The notes under the pieces: generated by a model
The model's input: the letters and a program-made list of their open reading frames with translations, nothing else
The model's database searches: none
What the model was told of the DNA's origin: nothing
Program-made: the position numbers and the translations under genes
In this document: positions 14,353-30,100 of the stretch, in pieces
How positions within the stretch are numbered: position 1 is the first letter of the stretch
Layout: each line of letters starts with the position of its first letter
Origin: Chrysomallon squamiferum
Lineage: Eukaryota > Animalia > Mollusca
DNA length: 64,000 bases
NCBI GenBank assembly: GCA_012295275.1
Contig: CM022670.1
Location: 1,364,001 to 1,428,000 of the forward strand
Reading direction: 5' to 3'

Positions 14353-15928
14353 CGTTTTTGTATTTTATATATTATTATTTACTTATTTTGTTGTTACTTT
14401 GTTTCCTTTATATTGTTTTTATGGGTACGTGTGATTGTTCAGTTGTTCGTTTTTCTTTCTTTCTTTTCAGCATCTTTCTCTTTCTTTGATCTTATTTTGT
14501 TCCTTTCTTAGAGAATATTTGACTAAGTTTGGTTCGCTTTATTTTGCTGCTGTTATTTTGTTTAATTTGATTTCGTTTCTTTCGAATTTTTATCTTCTTT
14601 GATCTATCAATTTATCTGTCCCTCTGACTGTCTGTCCTTCTGTCTGTCTTTTGGTCATTCTGCCTGTTTGTTTATCTATTTTTCATACTATATGTCCACA
14701 AAACATCATTTTAACAAACCATATTAATCCATAATACACAATGAAAACAATAACAAAACAATATTTTTACCTGCTTGTTAAACTATCAGTTTCTCATTGC
14801 CTCATAACATATAAAATAACCTTTCACTTCCGAATCATTGATTTTCCTGTTTTGAAGTCATGATTACATCACATCACGCTGACATTGATATTTTATATTT
14901 CTAAAATTAATAATTTATAAAAAAAAAAATATTACAAAAAATCCCTTGACGATAATCGAAGTTACGAAATATTTTCGTTTCTCGTAAATTCATTGAGCAC
15001 AAAGATATGTTAATGATAAAATGCGTTGAGGTGTTAATAGTCAATCAGATAAATAATAATTTCCTGGATCGATCCAGAATTACAAAAATCAAGAAGTGTA
15101 AAAAAAAAAAAAAAAAAGTCACGGACACAATGTATAAGCATAAACACATTTCAATAAAATCAGATGAATAAAATTTTCAAATCACTCGGCACAAAAACTG
15201 GAGATGTGTCACTGTGCTTTTTATTGGTATCGTGTGTGTAAATATATAGACAGACAGACAATCAGACAGACAGACAGACAGTCAGACAGACAGACAGAAA
15301 GATAGATAGATAGATAAATAGATAGATAGATAGATACAGAGATAATTTTTGTTAGTTATTTGCATTATTTTAATCACTATATCCAACCATTATATTTTAC
15401 CATTAACTATTTCGTGTTTCCAAATTCGGTTTAATATAATCAGACAATTGCGAACCGTTAGGGAAATCATGGTCATTATTTGCTTTAACTTTACGCAAAT
15501 GAGTACTATTTCCAATGCGATAATGACGACCTTGTAATAAATATTATATTCATTTCATGGCCTGAAAAAAAAGGACTAACATTAGTCTGTTTTTATACCA
15601 TACTTCAATCATTTGATCACCAGTGTTAAGAATGCCACAGGCCCCGGGAATAGTACAAGACAAGCGTTGTTTCAGTTGTCACTGGATAGAAGCACGTAAT
15701 GTTAATTTGGCACTGGTACTGCACGTTAGCTTAGAACTGAAATGAACTCAGTACGGGTTATGTTTGCGTAGGCGTTTATTTTCAGTGTATTCTTTTCTTT
15801 ATTATTTATTATTCATTCATTCCTGTTTTAATTTGTATTATGTATTTCTTTTCTTCTACTTGTTTTGTAATACTATTTTATATTGTTGTTGTTGTTTTTC
15901 GTTGTTTCTTGTTTCGTTTTTGATTGTT

Positions 15929-15959
<31 letters not shown>

Positions 15960-16523
15960 CTTGTTTTCGTACCGTTTTATAAAAAAAAAAAAAAAAAAAA
16001 AAAGATTCTTATTTTTTAAGGGAGAGTAATTTTGTTTAACTATTATTATTGAAGTTTTTTTTTTTTTGTTTTTTTTTTTTTTTGTAATATAATCAGAGTA
16101 GACTGATTTCAATCCTGGTCATATTTGTCATTGACATTAGTAAACTTGAGTAACTGAAATTAGTGTTCGCATTAACTGTTTGATTGACAGATGTGTCGTT
16201 AAAATACAAGTTTATTTGTTCATTTTTATTTTTAATGTATTATATATATATATACATAATAAAAATTAAAACATATATATATATATATATAAATCATTCG
16301 TTTAGATATATTAGATCCCTGTCACTTCGGGTTGCTGAATTTGGTCTGATATAGAGAATTTTTTTGTTGTTGTTTCTTTCTTATTTTTTTGGAGGGGGGG
16401 GTCTTTCGTTGGTTGATTGGGAGTTTTAGGGGAGAGGTCATTTTTTTTTTTTTTTTTTTTTTTATGCCAAGTCATTTTTAGTTTATTTATTTATGTTGTT
16501 GGTGGTATGGTTGTGGGTTTTTT

Positions 16524-16671
16524 GTGTGTGTGTGCGTGTCTGTGTGTGTGCGTGTTTGTGTGTGTGCGTGTCTGTATGTGTGCGTGTCTGTGTGTGTGCG
16601 TGTTTGTGTGTGTGCGTGTCTGTGTGTGTGCGTGTCTGTGTGTGCGTGTCTGTGTGTGTGCGTGTCTGTGT
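16524..16671. repeat. Compound GT-rich micro/minisatellite (TGTGTGTGCGTGTC/TT units)
   Basis: About ten 10-14 bp units. This repeat explains the spurious V/C-rich ORFs in the ORF track. Confidence 0.95.
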
Positions 16672-18757
16672 GGTACCGAGGGTTTGTGCCGCTGGAAACC
16701 TTTAGTCGAATGTAAACAAGCTGAGATAGGTTTAGTTGTTTTAGAGGCAGAGAAACAGAGAAACAGGCAAGAAAAGAAAGAAAGATGAGAGGATGTGTGC
16801 TTAACTATATTCTACTATTATTATTATTATTATGTCATCATCATCGCCATCATCACCCTCATCCTCATCATCAACATTAGTTCAGTTAAGCACAACAACA
16901 TGCTGTCACAGTAACATTTACCTTCAGTCTATGACAAAAATAGCAAGATAATAAAATCTGTTATATGTCTCCTAAATACCAGCATATTTCCTACTAACCC
17001 ATTTAGACGTCCATTTTTGAACAAACTCATAATAAATCATAACTGGCGTCCCTTGTTTTGTGCTAGACAGCTAAATTTTAACATAACTAAATCAGTAACC
17101 TAGACAGAACTTTATTCGGCTAAGTAAATTAATATTTTATTATTTAAGTCAGTTATTCATTAGTTTGTTTTTACTTTGTTTTTAATTTATAGGAGACACG
17201 AATTTCGTGCGTAGTAAATACTAGCGTATGTATGTATGTATGTATGTATGTATGTATGTTTATGTGTATTATTAAACGTGTGAATATAAGTGCGTGTATG
17301 TATAAACTGTGTGTGTATCACAAATAAGAGTGCTTTTTTTATTTCGATTTGGTTTCAGTTTTAGAGATTTTGCTCACGAGATTTTTATTATTATTATTAT
17401 TAACATCATTATCATCATCATTATTATTATTATTTATTTATTTATTTAGTTAGTTGTTTTTGGGGTTGATCGTTGTTTGTTTTCTTTGTGCTTTTTTGTT
17501 GTTGTTGTTGCTGTTGTTGTTGTTGTTGTTGTTGCTCTTGTTGCTATGTAACACATATATGTTACAGTCAGAGGATAACTACCAAAACCATGCTTGCCTC
17601 TTCATTATCACGTTCAATCTTCTGACGAAACAGAAATTGAAAGTAACAAAATTATTTGGTAAAAAGTACTTTACTCTTTTTTCACTTAAACAAAAAATAA
17701 TAATAATAATAAAAAAAAAAATTTAAATGGATATTTACGCCAAATCTGAGGATTACGTCTCGGAAAGATCCGTCCTGTGTCGCATATTTTTAGAACTGAT
17801 AAAAACCTGACCAGACTTGGAACAGACATTTTCTGTCCTCGTGGAAAGATTCGTCCTCCACAACCGGATAATGACCTACGAATGTAATAACACTAATAAA
17901 ATGGTAATTAGGTAATTAAAAAAAAAAAAAAAAATGCCTTTTTTACCGTTTTAATTCAGTTGTTCAAATACTGATGAAGATGCCGCACATTTCCCCTGAT
18001 TTTTCTTTTGATACCAAAAATAATTAAAGGGAGAAAAGAAACTTTTTATGATTAATAAATAAGAAGCAAGCAAGCGTAAAGGTTGTTGGCCTGCAAATGT
18101 GATAAGACTGAAAACTGGTTAATTATGATTTAAACGGATTTAGGTAGTTCACCCTGTAAGTCTTTAATTTTTCAAGATATAGTATCAGTTTCTCTACCTA
18201 TCTATCTATCTGTCTGTCTATCTTTCTATTTATTTATTTATTTGCTTATTTCGAAAAATGAAACTTATTTTGAACATTAAATCCAAACAAAGCTAATAAT
18301 TGATTAAATATTGCCATAACTTAAAGGTTTTAATTTACGAGATTTATTTGTGGATATCTATATTTTATTTTACACTAGATTATCAAAGACGTGTTTTCCT
18401 GTTCAGGAGAAGATAAATATAAAAGATCACTTGTTGCTGTACGAATAAGTGGTGACAACATATTTATTGTGGTTTTCTTTATTTTATTTTATTTTATTTT
18501 TATTTTGTTTTGTTTGTTTGTTTGTTATTATTATTTTTTATGTTTGTTGTGGGGAGTGTAGATGGTTTTGTTTGTGTGTGTGGTTTTGTGGTGTTTTTTT
18601 TTTTTTTTATCTGTATGGTTCTTGACTATCAGTATATCGCAGATTACTATCGTGAATTAAAAATGTGCTGATGACGTTGTGAAATAACTTTTTCATATCA
18701 CTTCATTTTCTTTTTATTAATGACATACATGCATTGTTTTTTTTTTATTTTGTGTGT

Positions 18758-18842
<85 letters not shown>

Positions 18843-20050
18843 TTTATAGTTACTTAACTAAAACATTGAACTTTTAACATATTATGATACTCTGCATAAA
18901 GACTTTGCTTCCAATTATAATGGTTTCGAAGAGGTGCTGCTGCTTCTTTATGTCCATACACAGCTGTCATCAATTAAGCATAGGTGACATTTTTGAAGAA
19001 GCTGAACGGACGATGACCTTAAAACAAAGGAGGAAATTATCAGTTTTAACAATCATTACAAACAAAATGGTTGACTAATCACCTCATTACCATAACACGT
19101 GGGATCAGTCTTTGACAGAGCCAGCAGAAATTACAAAATGGTTATTGTTACCTGTCTTGGACAGAATTGTTAGGAGAGATCAGAGTTCAAATCCAGGCGG
19201 TTTCACTTGGACGGGCCTCTCTTAATGGTAGCATGCGAAAAATGCATAACCACTTACTATGCTTAATACAATAATGAAAAAATTATATAATAGCGATTGA
19301 TAGCACGATGATAATATTTAATTAATATTTATCGCAGCTGTATCTCGATAAAGATTTTCTGGCGCCGTGATTTCTGTATAAATAATTTATGTCATCACGG
19401 AAGATGAAAATTATCGAAATTTTATATAAAGCAACACTTAAAAACGAAACCACTGTTTCTTCTTTGGTGACACGGTTATCATACAGATTGTTTCTTTAGA
19501 GAGGGAAACGGCATTCCAGTTCTATAACAGTATCACTGAATTTTCTGTGGCTATGTTCCACACCAGATAACCTTTAATAATAATATATTAAACTGTTAAT
19601 TCTTAGACAAATCTAAATTGATTCAACCAGTTTCGTGGCGCTAAATACTTGGCCAAAATGTTTCCGCTCCCAGCAAACTAATGCCTCATCACTTGCTCGG
19701 TTCCTGTGATAGGAATTATCACAATAAAATTTGACATTGTTTTTTAGTGACAAGATAATCCCTGGCCTGTCTGTTACATTCGAGTTCCTAGACAGAATTA
19801 TATTTTGCAGTATTAATTTAATCCTAACTTCCGACGCGGCTGCTTGTTTGACATACGTTTTAAAGCGCTGTGCATTATTTCATCTAAGAGTGGCTTGCAA
19901 TCAACAGCACGTAATACGCAGTAGTTAAATGTGTCACTTGTGTCGCGAAAACAAAAGACGAATATTGAATGCACTTGATTACTTGATAATGCTTAATGTT
20001 ACCCAAAACCTGCATACGTAAACGTACAGACAGACAAGTATGTGTGCATC

Positions 20051-20082
<32 letters not shown>

Positions 20083-20417
20083 AGTACAAATAATACGTGA
20101 TTTTTGAGCTCATGGTTGATATGACAGAAAATCACTAGTCTGGTCGTCCGCCTTCAGAATACAGGTGAATAGGTGCTATACGTTCGAGTCTCGTCAGCGG
20201 TATCTGATACAAATAACAAGAATATTGGTAGAAACTTAATCACGTTTAGTATATTTTGCTGGAAATTCTTTATGTTTCTTTTTTTTTTTTTTTTTTTTTT
20301 AACCAAAGTTTATATGAAATTTCTTTAATATTTTGATATGAAAACTGTAAGTTTTGAACAAATAATAACAAGAAGAAAAAAAATCATAACATCTTTGTGA
20401 ATAATCCTCAGTTCAAA

Positions 20418-20452
<35 letters not shown>

Positions 20453-21557
20453 AAAAGACGCATTAAATGATGCCATATACATGTGGCAGTTTTACTGAAT
20501 CGTACCGATTTATTATCAGAACTACCCATTATTACTGAAACCTCTGAAAAGATGAATTTTTAATTATCACAGGTTCTACACAATTTAACTTAAAAAAACT
20601 AATAACAAACCAAACGTTAAGATTTCTAAAAAAAAATCTGTCCTAATTTATATCCTCTTGAAACGACCTAGTTTATATCACCTGTGAATGGGTAACTGCA
20701 GCCGTAGTAAACTGCAATTAACAACGAGGACATATCAGTAACAGAAAGCAATTTAAAATCTTTCAGACAGAGATCTCGGACTTTCGATTACATTTAAATT
20801 ACAAAAGCTTAGCACTGGTCTGTTAGATTTCATAAACAACCCTGGAGTCTTGACTGTTTGTTTTGCGGTTTCTTTTGCTTTATTTCATCAGTTTTATCCG
20901 CCGAACAGCATAATCATCTTCAGTTTTACTAACTGCAGTTGTTTTTGCTTTAATTCATTAACTATAACTTTTTTTGTTTCTTTGCTTTCATAAACTGCAT
21001 GCTGTCGTCGTTTTCTGCATCACGAACTCAAACTGTTTTTGCTCTCATAAGTTTCAGTTTCGTCCTTAAGAAGTTTTTTTTTTATATCAATTTTTTTTTT
21101 TCCGATTTAGAATAACGACAACGCAGTTTTGAAAAGTCTTAGATCGATATAGAATAAAGTAATTTTCGAAATTTTATCAAAATTTTATTTGTTCTAAAAG
21201 AACCTTTGGATTAAAACTATTTTTCCTGGGGACTAGCCTAGTTAGGTCGCTTAACAGTTTAGCTTTTCCATTACTTCGTGATAAATTATTTGCAAACATT
21301 TTTTTATTATTATTATTTAAATACATATGTATTCTTGATACCTGAGAGTCCTCGGTTGATCTTTCTTTGGATTTGGTGGACAAAAGTCTTTCTAAGTTCA
21401 TTTAAGTCCGAACCAGTTGGATACTGTTCATTAATTCGTAATTCACACCAGGTTTTATACCAGGGTAGATGATACCTACTTACTTCTTGTTGTAATTATC
21501 AGCATACATCATTTGATGTACAGTTTGTGTACCATGATTCTTTATTGATTATAACTA

Positions 21558-21655
<98 letters not shown>

Positions 21656-21822
21656 CACACTACACTTTTTAATGGGGGTTTTTTATGTTGTTTTTTTTCA
21701 GATATTTATTTTCCTTTCCCACATCATAAGGAGATTACTTCGTAATTATTTTACTAAGAATGTAGGTGGGGGAGTTGCTGAATGTTTTTGCTGCATTTTT
21801 GTTTCTTCGTATTTAACGGGTG

Positions 21823-21925
21823 TGACGTCAGTAAACTAATTTACCTTTAATTCGTTTAGGCTGATGTCATGACCAAATGCTTTAACAACCCGCATCCGAA
21901 CAGCCCGAACACACAACGTACGTCA
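21823..21925. promoter_or_regulatory. Cluster of CRE-like sites
   Basis: TGACGTCA at 21823-21830, TGATGTCA at 21862-21869 and TACGTCA at 21919-21925, in a CpG-richer block. Confidence 0.4.
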
Positions 21926-22622
21926 CCTGACAAACGAAGATCACGTCTTGCGTTGTTGCAGGGAGGCACTTAAGTGGAATTAATCGCGCTCAGACTACGA
22001 TTTGCTCAGTGCTCACCGCACTGCTCTGTGATCAGCAGTGTCTTTCGAACGCTTCAAACAAGAGTTAGCGACGGTTACCAGGAAGACGTTGGTGTCTAAA
22101 ATATTAAACTTGCTTTTCCTACTCGCAATCTTTTTTATTTTTTATTTATTTAATACTGTTTGATGTCTATTCTGGGAGAGTCTATAATTTATGCTGTCAA
22201 AGCATCATTTGAGGAGAGGAAGGTCCTAATGTATATTTATTGCGTTGTGTTGATTTACTGTTTACTCAGATGAGGCAAGCAAATTTACCATTGCTTTTCA
22301 AGGCCGTAGTAAATGGTTTGTCTGCGTATGTACGAGGGATCAAAAGATTGGAATAGATCATGGTAAAAACGAGTCATCCCTTATTTGTTTAAGATTTAAT
22401 TATGAACAGCTAGTCCTGTGCATTACGAGTAGCATACAAAAATGATTAAAAAAAAAAAAAAAAAAATTAAAACAAAATAAAAAAGCAACAACAACCATAA
22501 AAAAATAACAACAAAAAAGAAAAACCTGTATTTTAGTGGAACTGCAATTTTGTCCTATATCAGTTTATTAACAATAACAATTTATTTATTTTTATTTTAT
22601 TTTTATTTTTATTTTATTATTA

Positions 22623-22668
<46 letters not shown>

Positions 22669-22695
22669 TTATTTTTTTATTATTATTATTATTAT

Positions 22696-22730
<35 letters not shown>

Positions 22731-22850
22731 ACTTTTATATCTCCTAATTTAGATATCATAAATATATGGATGGAACTAAAAGGTTGGGGGGGGGAAATAA
22801 ACTGTATTATTTTACTGATTAACAACAATGCATTTTTCCCCCAGCATTAC

Positions 22851-22948
<98 letters not shown>

Positions 22949-24650
22949 TGTGTGTGTGTGTGTATGTTCTAACTTAGATTTTAAAGATATCTTTCTTTAA
23001 TAACGTTAAGAAAAGATTTATTTTAAAAGGGAGCACACTTTTAGAGGAAGAACACTGGACACTCTTAAGTACGTGTTTTAAAGCATTTTATTTATTTTTT
23101 AATTTGCATGTCATTAATGAATAAGAATAAGCCGAAGAATATCGTAACGAGAAAAATTAAATCCCGTTAACACCACCCTTTTTTAACCACCCGTACTGAA
23201 ATGTGCTGGGTGTCGTTCACGCCATAATAAAGATGATTATGTCAATTAATACAGTATTTATTTGACATTACTCATTGCTGTTTGAGAAGACGCATCGATG
23301 AATTTATCTTGGCTTTTACGAATTCGCTCAATAAATAACCCACCCACGAACTTCTGACAAAAGCATGCAAAATATCTCATAATTACCATAGTTATGCATT
23401 TTATAGTGAGTAGACACCACACGCTTTAACTTATGTTCACGACAGCACATCGTATACAATGTCATGATATCTGACCAGTAGCAGATGACTTTTGTCATGA
23501 TGCCAGTTTGTTCTGGAAATGAATGTAACTGGCACAGGTTATTACCGTTTGATTGTAATTGCCAGAAACAAATATAAAACTGCCTGAAATGTTATCAGTT
23601 ACGTATGTATGAAAGGAACGCAATTATCAGTGAAGAATGGGTTACTTTTTTTTTTTTTTTGTAATATAGATCGAATTGTTGGTGGGATTTGTTTTGAATA
23701 AAAAAAAAAGGAAGGAATCCCATTTAACGATTCATCAGTATATCAATATTTTAGCTATTTATAGTTTGTTGTTGCTTGGTAGCTTTTTCGTTTTTGTTAG
23801 TTTTTTCTTTTTGCGTTTATTTTATGTTTTGTTTTTGTTTGTTTTGACAGGGTTCTACAGTAATATAGGAGAAAAATCTGTCAGTTTTTATCAATTATTT
23901 GCGAGCGATCTTATGTATGCCGTGTTTCACAGACAGAAGTGCATATATTGCAACTTTTGGTAAATCAATTGCACGGTTCTGACCGAGGCCAGTGAACGTA
24001 CCATTCAGTTACAACCTGATATCTAACAGTTAATAATTCATCAACTAACTGGAACAACATTTAGTTATCTTATAGTATGAAATGGATCATTAAATAAAAT
24101 CAAAAACGTTTAAAACCTTTTATACAATCAGATTCCATCAAAATAGCTCATCTCTATTGCTCGACTGTATACTGATTAAAGAAATTTTAAAAAAAACTCT
24201 GTAATATGTTAAGCTTTGAAATCCAAGACTTTTTGGCACGACCAATATAGTGGTATCTTACAATTTTCGGACCGTTTAACACGTGCAAACTTTATTTCAC
24301 ACACAAAATTATGGGAAAAAAAATTGTGGACGTCACTGAACTACAATGCTGTTAAAGATATCATGACGTTTTTTGTTTCTTCTACTTTCTTTCTTTTTTT
24401 CTAAATTTACTTTTTAAATTTATTTAGTCTATAATACATTTTGTTAACAATGAACATAAGAAAAATGAGGAACCAAAAATACATAAATATACTTATAAGT
24501 GACCTAGAAATGATCTATTCAAAACAAAAACCAATTTAAACAACAGAATAAAACCCAAATAAATATTTTATTTCCCTGACAAGACCCACTCAGTGGCTTA
24601 AATATAACAAATATTTACAAAATATATTTTTATTTATTTAAATCAATCTT

Positions 24651-24698
<48 letters not shown>

Positions 24699-24887
24699 TA
24701 AAATCATTTGTATATATACATACATACAATACAAACATCATAATATAAGATTCAAAAATGTATTTCAAAATATATAAAAATATTTTATAAAAGAAAGAGA
24801 TCATTCAGACCACTTATCATTGTTTTCCCTCTCAAATACCACATTTAACATTACAATAATACTGTATGTATTTATTTGTTTGTTTGT

Positions 24888-24962
<75 letters not shown>

Positions 24963-26658
24963 TTTTCTTACTTAATATAAACCAGGTTCAAAATATATAT
25001 ATATATATATATTTCCCCCGTTTCTTCCAGATGCTCAGCCTTCTAAGAGTATTTACACCATTAAACAATTGGCTAAACAACAGCGGTTATTGATCATTGG
25101 CAGAACATTTTTTTTTTTTTTAAATTTAGCTAATCAGTTGTAATTGTTAAATACTAAATGTTGCTAAAACATAATAACTGGCACAGTCAACACTGAATCA
25201 TGAAGCAAAAACATGTTCAAAAATAATTCTTAGTAACAGCAATACCCCTCTGATTACAAAGCTTCTAAATACAAATAAATACATTTCAACATTGAACTGC
25301 AGTAATTTAAAAAAAAAGGTAGAATTTGTTGCGTCAATCATATAAACTTCTTCTTTCACAAACATTAAACAATATACAAAATAAATGAAAAGAATCTGCT
25401 TTGTATGTTTATAATGAAGAACATAACACAACAGATTCAAAAAGAAATGAAAAAAAAAAAAAATTCACCCTTCTCATCATTAGCTGTCAAATGTAGCAGG
25501 CTAACAGTGATAGTTTAATCAAATCAAGGCAGTAGTTTGTGCATGTCATTGTCTTAAATAATAAAATCACATACCTTTTAAAGCCATCAGACTTTATCAG
25601 AAATTTATGTCATGTCACTGCTGTCGTTAAAACAATGAGTCAAGTAATTTTAAAAATGTCATTTTCTGAAATATCGACTGGCAAGAAGACAATTAACAAG
25701 CTGATTTCGCCCACCCATATTGGTACAATACACATCTGTTTATGACTGAATTCTATCTCTTGCCAACTGTATCATTCTGTCATTTTTAAATCATATATTC
25801 TGCCATAAACACTCATTTTTCATAGGAATAACAGTTACACTTAAACTACACATTCATACTTGATTTTTCATTTTTCACTACCACACACAATTGTGTATAC
25901 TTATCCCATTTAAAAAAGAATACTAAAAATCATACAATCCTATTTGTTATCAGATCCAACTACAACACTGCAACCACACATTTAATGTTCACAAATGTAT
26001 ATTTAAATTTTAGATTTATGCTTGTCATTTTTTTACAACCATACACTATTATAAATTCCAATTTGTTTATTAAAAAAAAATAATTAAAAAAAAGCTAATT
26101 CATATTTGCCATTCTTTTTTCCCCAGTCATATACAATTATCAATGCCATTTACTTATTGTAAATAGTACATATTTGTATTTTTTATATTTTTTCATACAT
26201 ATTCACATCTTCTTTTTCATTTGCACACAGTGATATTTAGGTTTCTACAATCAGACACAGTTGTGTTTGTTTTCTTTCTGACAAACATGTATAACTATAC
26301 TTGATGCTTTTTCTTTTATATATTTTTTTTTTTTTTTTTTTTCTTGTTTCCTATTTTGACAATCAAATTCAGCATAGACATTTAGACAACTGTTTACAAT
26401 CATCTTTGTCATGTTCCTTTTGATCACCAAACTCTGTGATTGTCTACAGCAAATATCCAGCATGTTCTTGGCCACAACATCATGTAAAGACTGTTTTCTT
26501 TCACAGGAATGTGATCAAGTATGTGGGCCACTTCGCTAAATGTAGGTAATCGTTTAGTTTAAGAGGGTCCAGCATAAGTTTCACACAGGAAGAGTTTCTA
26601 ATACTTTAGATGACTCACTGTCAGGATTATGAGATTTTTTTTTACTTTTTTTTTTTGT

Positions 26659-27122
26659 CTAGACAATCTGTTTTCCCGTTCCAAACAAAGTGAACACTAT
26701 ACAGCCGAACACACAGACAGCAGCAGTCTGGTTAAATACAGCACTCCAACTCTTTGTAGATTCTAGTATGTGTCCAGCCATATACACACCAACAAAGCCT
26801 GAAAATATCAATACAACTGACATTAAAAATTCATTTTTGTAACAGTTATCTGCCTCAGCTGGTGTAAAGAAATCTGTCTATAGAGTAATTATTCACATTA
26901 ATGTTTAAAAAAATTGTTTAAGTATTTGAATCTTTTTTGTAATTTAATCTAAAGAAAATATACAAAGTTAGGTAAAATAGTAAAAGGAGATAATTTTCAG
27001 GGAAGTCATATTTTAATAAATAAAAATACAAACTTAAAATAAAAATAAAATGAAATGAACAGTACCTGGAATAGCACCAGCCATGTTCATAATACCTGCA
27101 AGAAAATATTTAAATAAAAATT

Positions 27123-27157
<35 letters not shown>

Positions 27158-30100
27158 TTAAATAATTAAGATTATCAAGAACAGTTCAGTGTTTTTCATT
27201 ACTTCTGGTAAAACAAAATGTCTTCAGTGAATACTACTGAATATGATCTCAGTATATTTTCACAACTATTTAACAGTAAAGATGAGGTAATCATAAAATG
27301 AGTGATGCTGTCTTAGATGCTTCCAAATCATTAAGTTTACAAATATAGTGAAAACCTAATTACATTCTTACAGTAATAAGAAATTTAAGCCCCCCCCAAA
27401 AAAACATTATTATAAAAAAATCCACATTGAAGATTATATAACAATTTCTGGATTAAGAGAAAAAAAAATTCTAAATTATTTCAATCATGTGCAAACAAAT
27501 AAATATATAAATAAATAATAAGAACACTTTGTTTTTGTTTGTCTTGTCTTGTTTTTTAAATTTATTTTTATTTAATTTGCTTTTAAATTTTAAAATTTTT
27601 AAAAATTTTAAATTTTACAAAGGTGTAGCTTACCAAAAACAGAGCCTGCATGTTTTGGTGCAATGTCCTGAGGGTTGACAAGGACTCCACTGTTGTGGAA
27701 TCCACAGCAGGACACAGCGAGAGCCATACAGACCAAAGAACCACTGAAGGATGATGTGTAGGATATAAGAACTAAGAAGGACGCTGTCCCGTACAATGCT
27801 ATAGACTGCATGAATTTTCTTACAAAAGTTACGCTGTAACCTACAAAGGAAACAAAATATGTTTATTAAATATTGTAAAACTGAACAATTATTAGCTTTC
27901 GTGGTATATTAACTCTGATGCACAAAACTAATAAATTTGTTTTAAATAAACTGAATGAATAAATTCAATGTTTACATACAACCCTTCATCTTATTACAGT
28001 TATCTATGGTGTATGTAACTAAGCTATTTAAAAATTATGAAATGTACATGTATACATGCATTCATTCACACACACACACACACACACAATCTGTAGTTAG
28101 AACTGAGCCCTTTTCTCAAGTTATGTCATTATAGTTCCAAAATCCAAAACCCAAGCAGGCCATCTGCATTTCAGACAAGAATGCTCCCTCAGTATTTTAA
28201 TACATGTATACATTTTTGAACAAAAAACAAAAAATATTTCTCACAATCTACATTTCAACAGAACTGTAATATTATTTCTGTATCATAAGATTAATATTCA
28301 GACTTTTTAAAATATTTACCTTTACTTATCATTTTATCAGCTAGGTAACCACTAAATATAGAACTGGGTATAGTCACAACCCAAGGCACAACATTGAAAA
28401 CCCAACCCTGAAAAACAAAGGTTTTGTTTCTTATCAACACGAATGGATATCATGATAAGAATCTTAAAAAGAATTTACTTAAACATTAATAATCAGAATT
28501 GTAAAACCAAATATATATAGTAACTAAAAACTGAAAATCATATATCATTCTTCAATACATATAAATATATATAATTTTATTTCTTATATAAAAAAAGGTT
28601 TTTTATATGTACATATATGTTTTTATATATGAAATTAATTCAAGCATTTAAACCAAAGTTCACGTCACTGCATTTTTTCTTCTATGTCAGAAATGTATTA
28701 TTGTTCATTAATTTTGACAAAGATGATTACAGTAAGTCCTAAAAACTAGAATCATTACCAGTCTTACAGAAGCATGGAAAAAAAACATTTTCTTTCATAA
28801 TTTTTTTTCCCAAAATGTTTCTTTATGTAGAATCTGGTACACATTAAAAATATACTTTTTATTAATAGAATATTTTCTGTGTAAGCATCTAGCAAGCTAT
28901 TATAACTTTTTTGCTGCTGTTGTTGTTGTTGTTATTTTTGTTGGTTTTTTTCTAGGATTATATCATATCAAAAATCTTAACAAGAAAAAATATTTTGACT
29001 TATAAAAAAAAAAAAATAATAATATTTATATATTCAAGATAATGAAATCCATGTTTCTGGTTGTCATATGACTGTGTGACTTTAATGTTAATATTGATTT
29101 ATTTTAATAATCCTTCAACAAAATTTACTGGAACTGTTAAAATAAATATGAAACTGTTCATGTCTGACCATGAATGTTGGGCACAGTATTCATCCTGTCA
29201 CCATATTATACACACCACATTTGTTTAAACCTGGAACCTTTAGCATACACTTCTCCTTTAAATATCAGGAGTGGGTTTGATATACTCAGCTCTCATCATC
29301 AGGATAACATTTTGAAAGTTGTTTGTATTAAAAAAGTTTTCAACAGCTAGTTGATTCTATAAAGTACTAGAGTCTAACGGATAGATGTGTTAATCAGAAG
29401 TTTATAACTTCACACAATTTAAAATGTTTCATCCTGTTATTTTGTGACTGCAGTGACTTTCTGATAAATTCGTATCATACTACACTGTAATTAACAAACA
29501 TTAGCAACTTTTAGATAATTACAAGTTACTTTAACTTTTAGCTTTATATTGGTTTCAAGCAGCTCCTGAAAAAACTTTAGTAGTAGTTTCAGGATTCGTG
29601 TTTTCCAAAGTTAAACTAGTCTTAGATTAACATTTACAAATTTTCATATTCTGCTTTATATTTTATTCACTGCCTTTTGAAATAACCAAAATAAATTTTA
29701 TTTGTTCTTTATTGAAAATCCCTCAAAAAAAGTTTTTATCTTATTTTATGACATGTACTGCTGTAACAGCATATATGTTATTTTATATAATGCCAATGGT
29801 CATGTTTTAAAATATAAGGTCATCTAAGTGCATCCGAATTTCAAATTCAGTACGATCTTTGTAACTGGAAGGATAAAAAAAATTCAAAACTTTTTTAATG
29901 TTTTATGTCATATACTAGCACTTAAAAAAAACTATAAACAAAACCCAAATAATAATAATAAAAAAAAAATAGAGCAAATAACAAATAAATAAAACCCCAC
30001 ATTTTTAAAACAGAAAAAAAGATAATTAAAAGGGTATGTGTGTTTGCACACCCGTGCATGTGCATGTTTACTGTATCGTAACAAATGTGAATGAGAATGT

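Noticed and set aside
15669-15743. TTTGGCACTGGTAC, a miR-96/263-like seed inside a loose stem
   Set aside because: The seed-containing segment has no complementary arm; only an outer 9-bp stem forms.
19182-20195. B-box-like words GAGTTCAAATCC (~19183) and GTTCGAGTC (~20182) suggesting tRNA genes
   Set aside because: No cloverleaf can be built; more likely SINE remnants or chance.
29265-29298. Minus-strand ATGATGA followed by CTGA boxes (C/D snoRNA-like) in an SLC17A9 intron
   Set aside because: The boxes span only ~35 nt, with no terminal stem and no recognisable rRNA guide.
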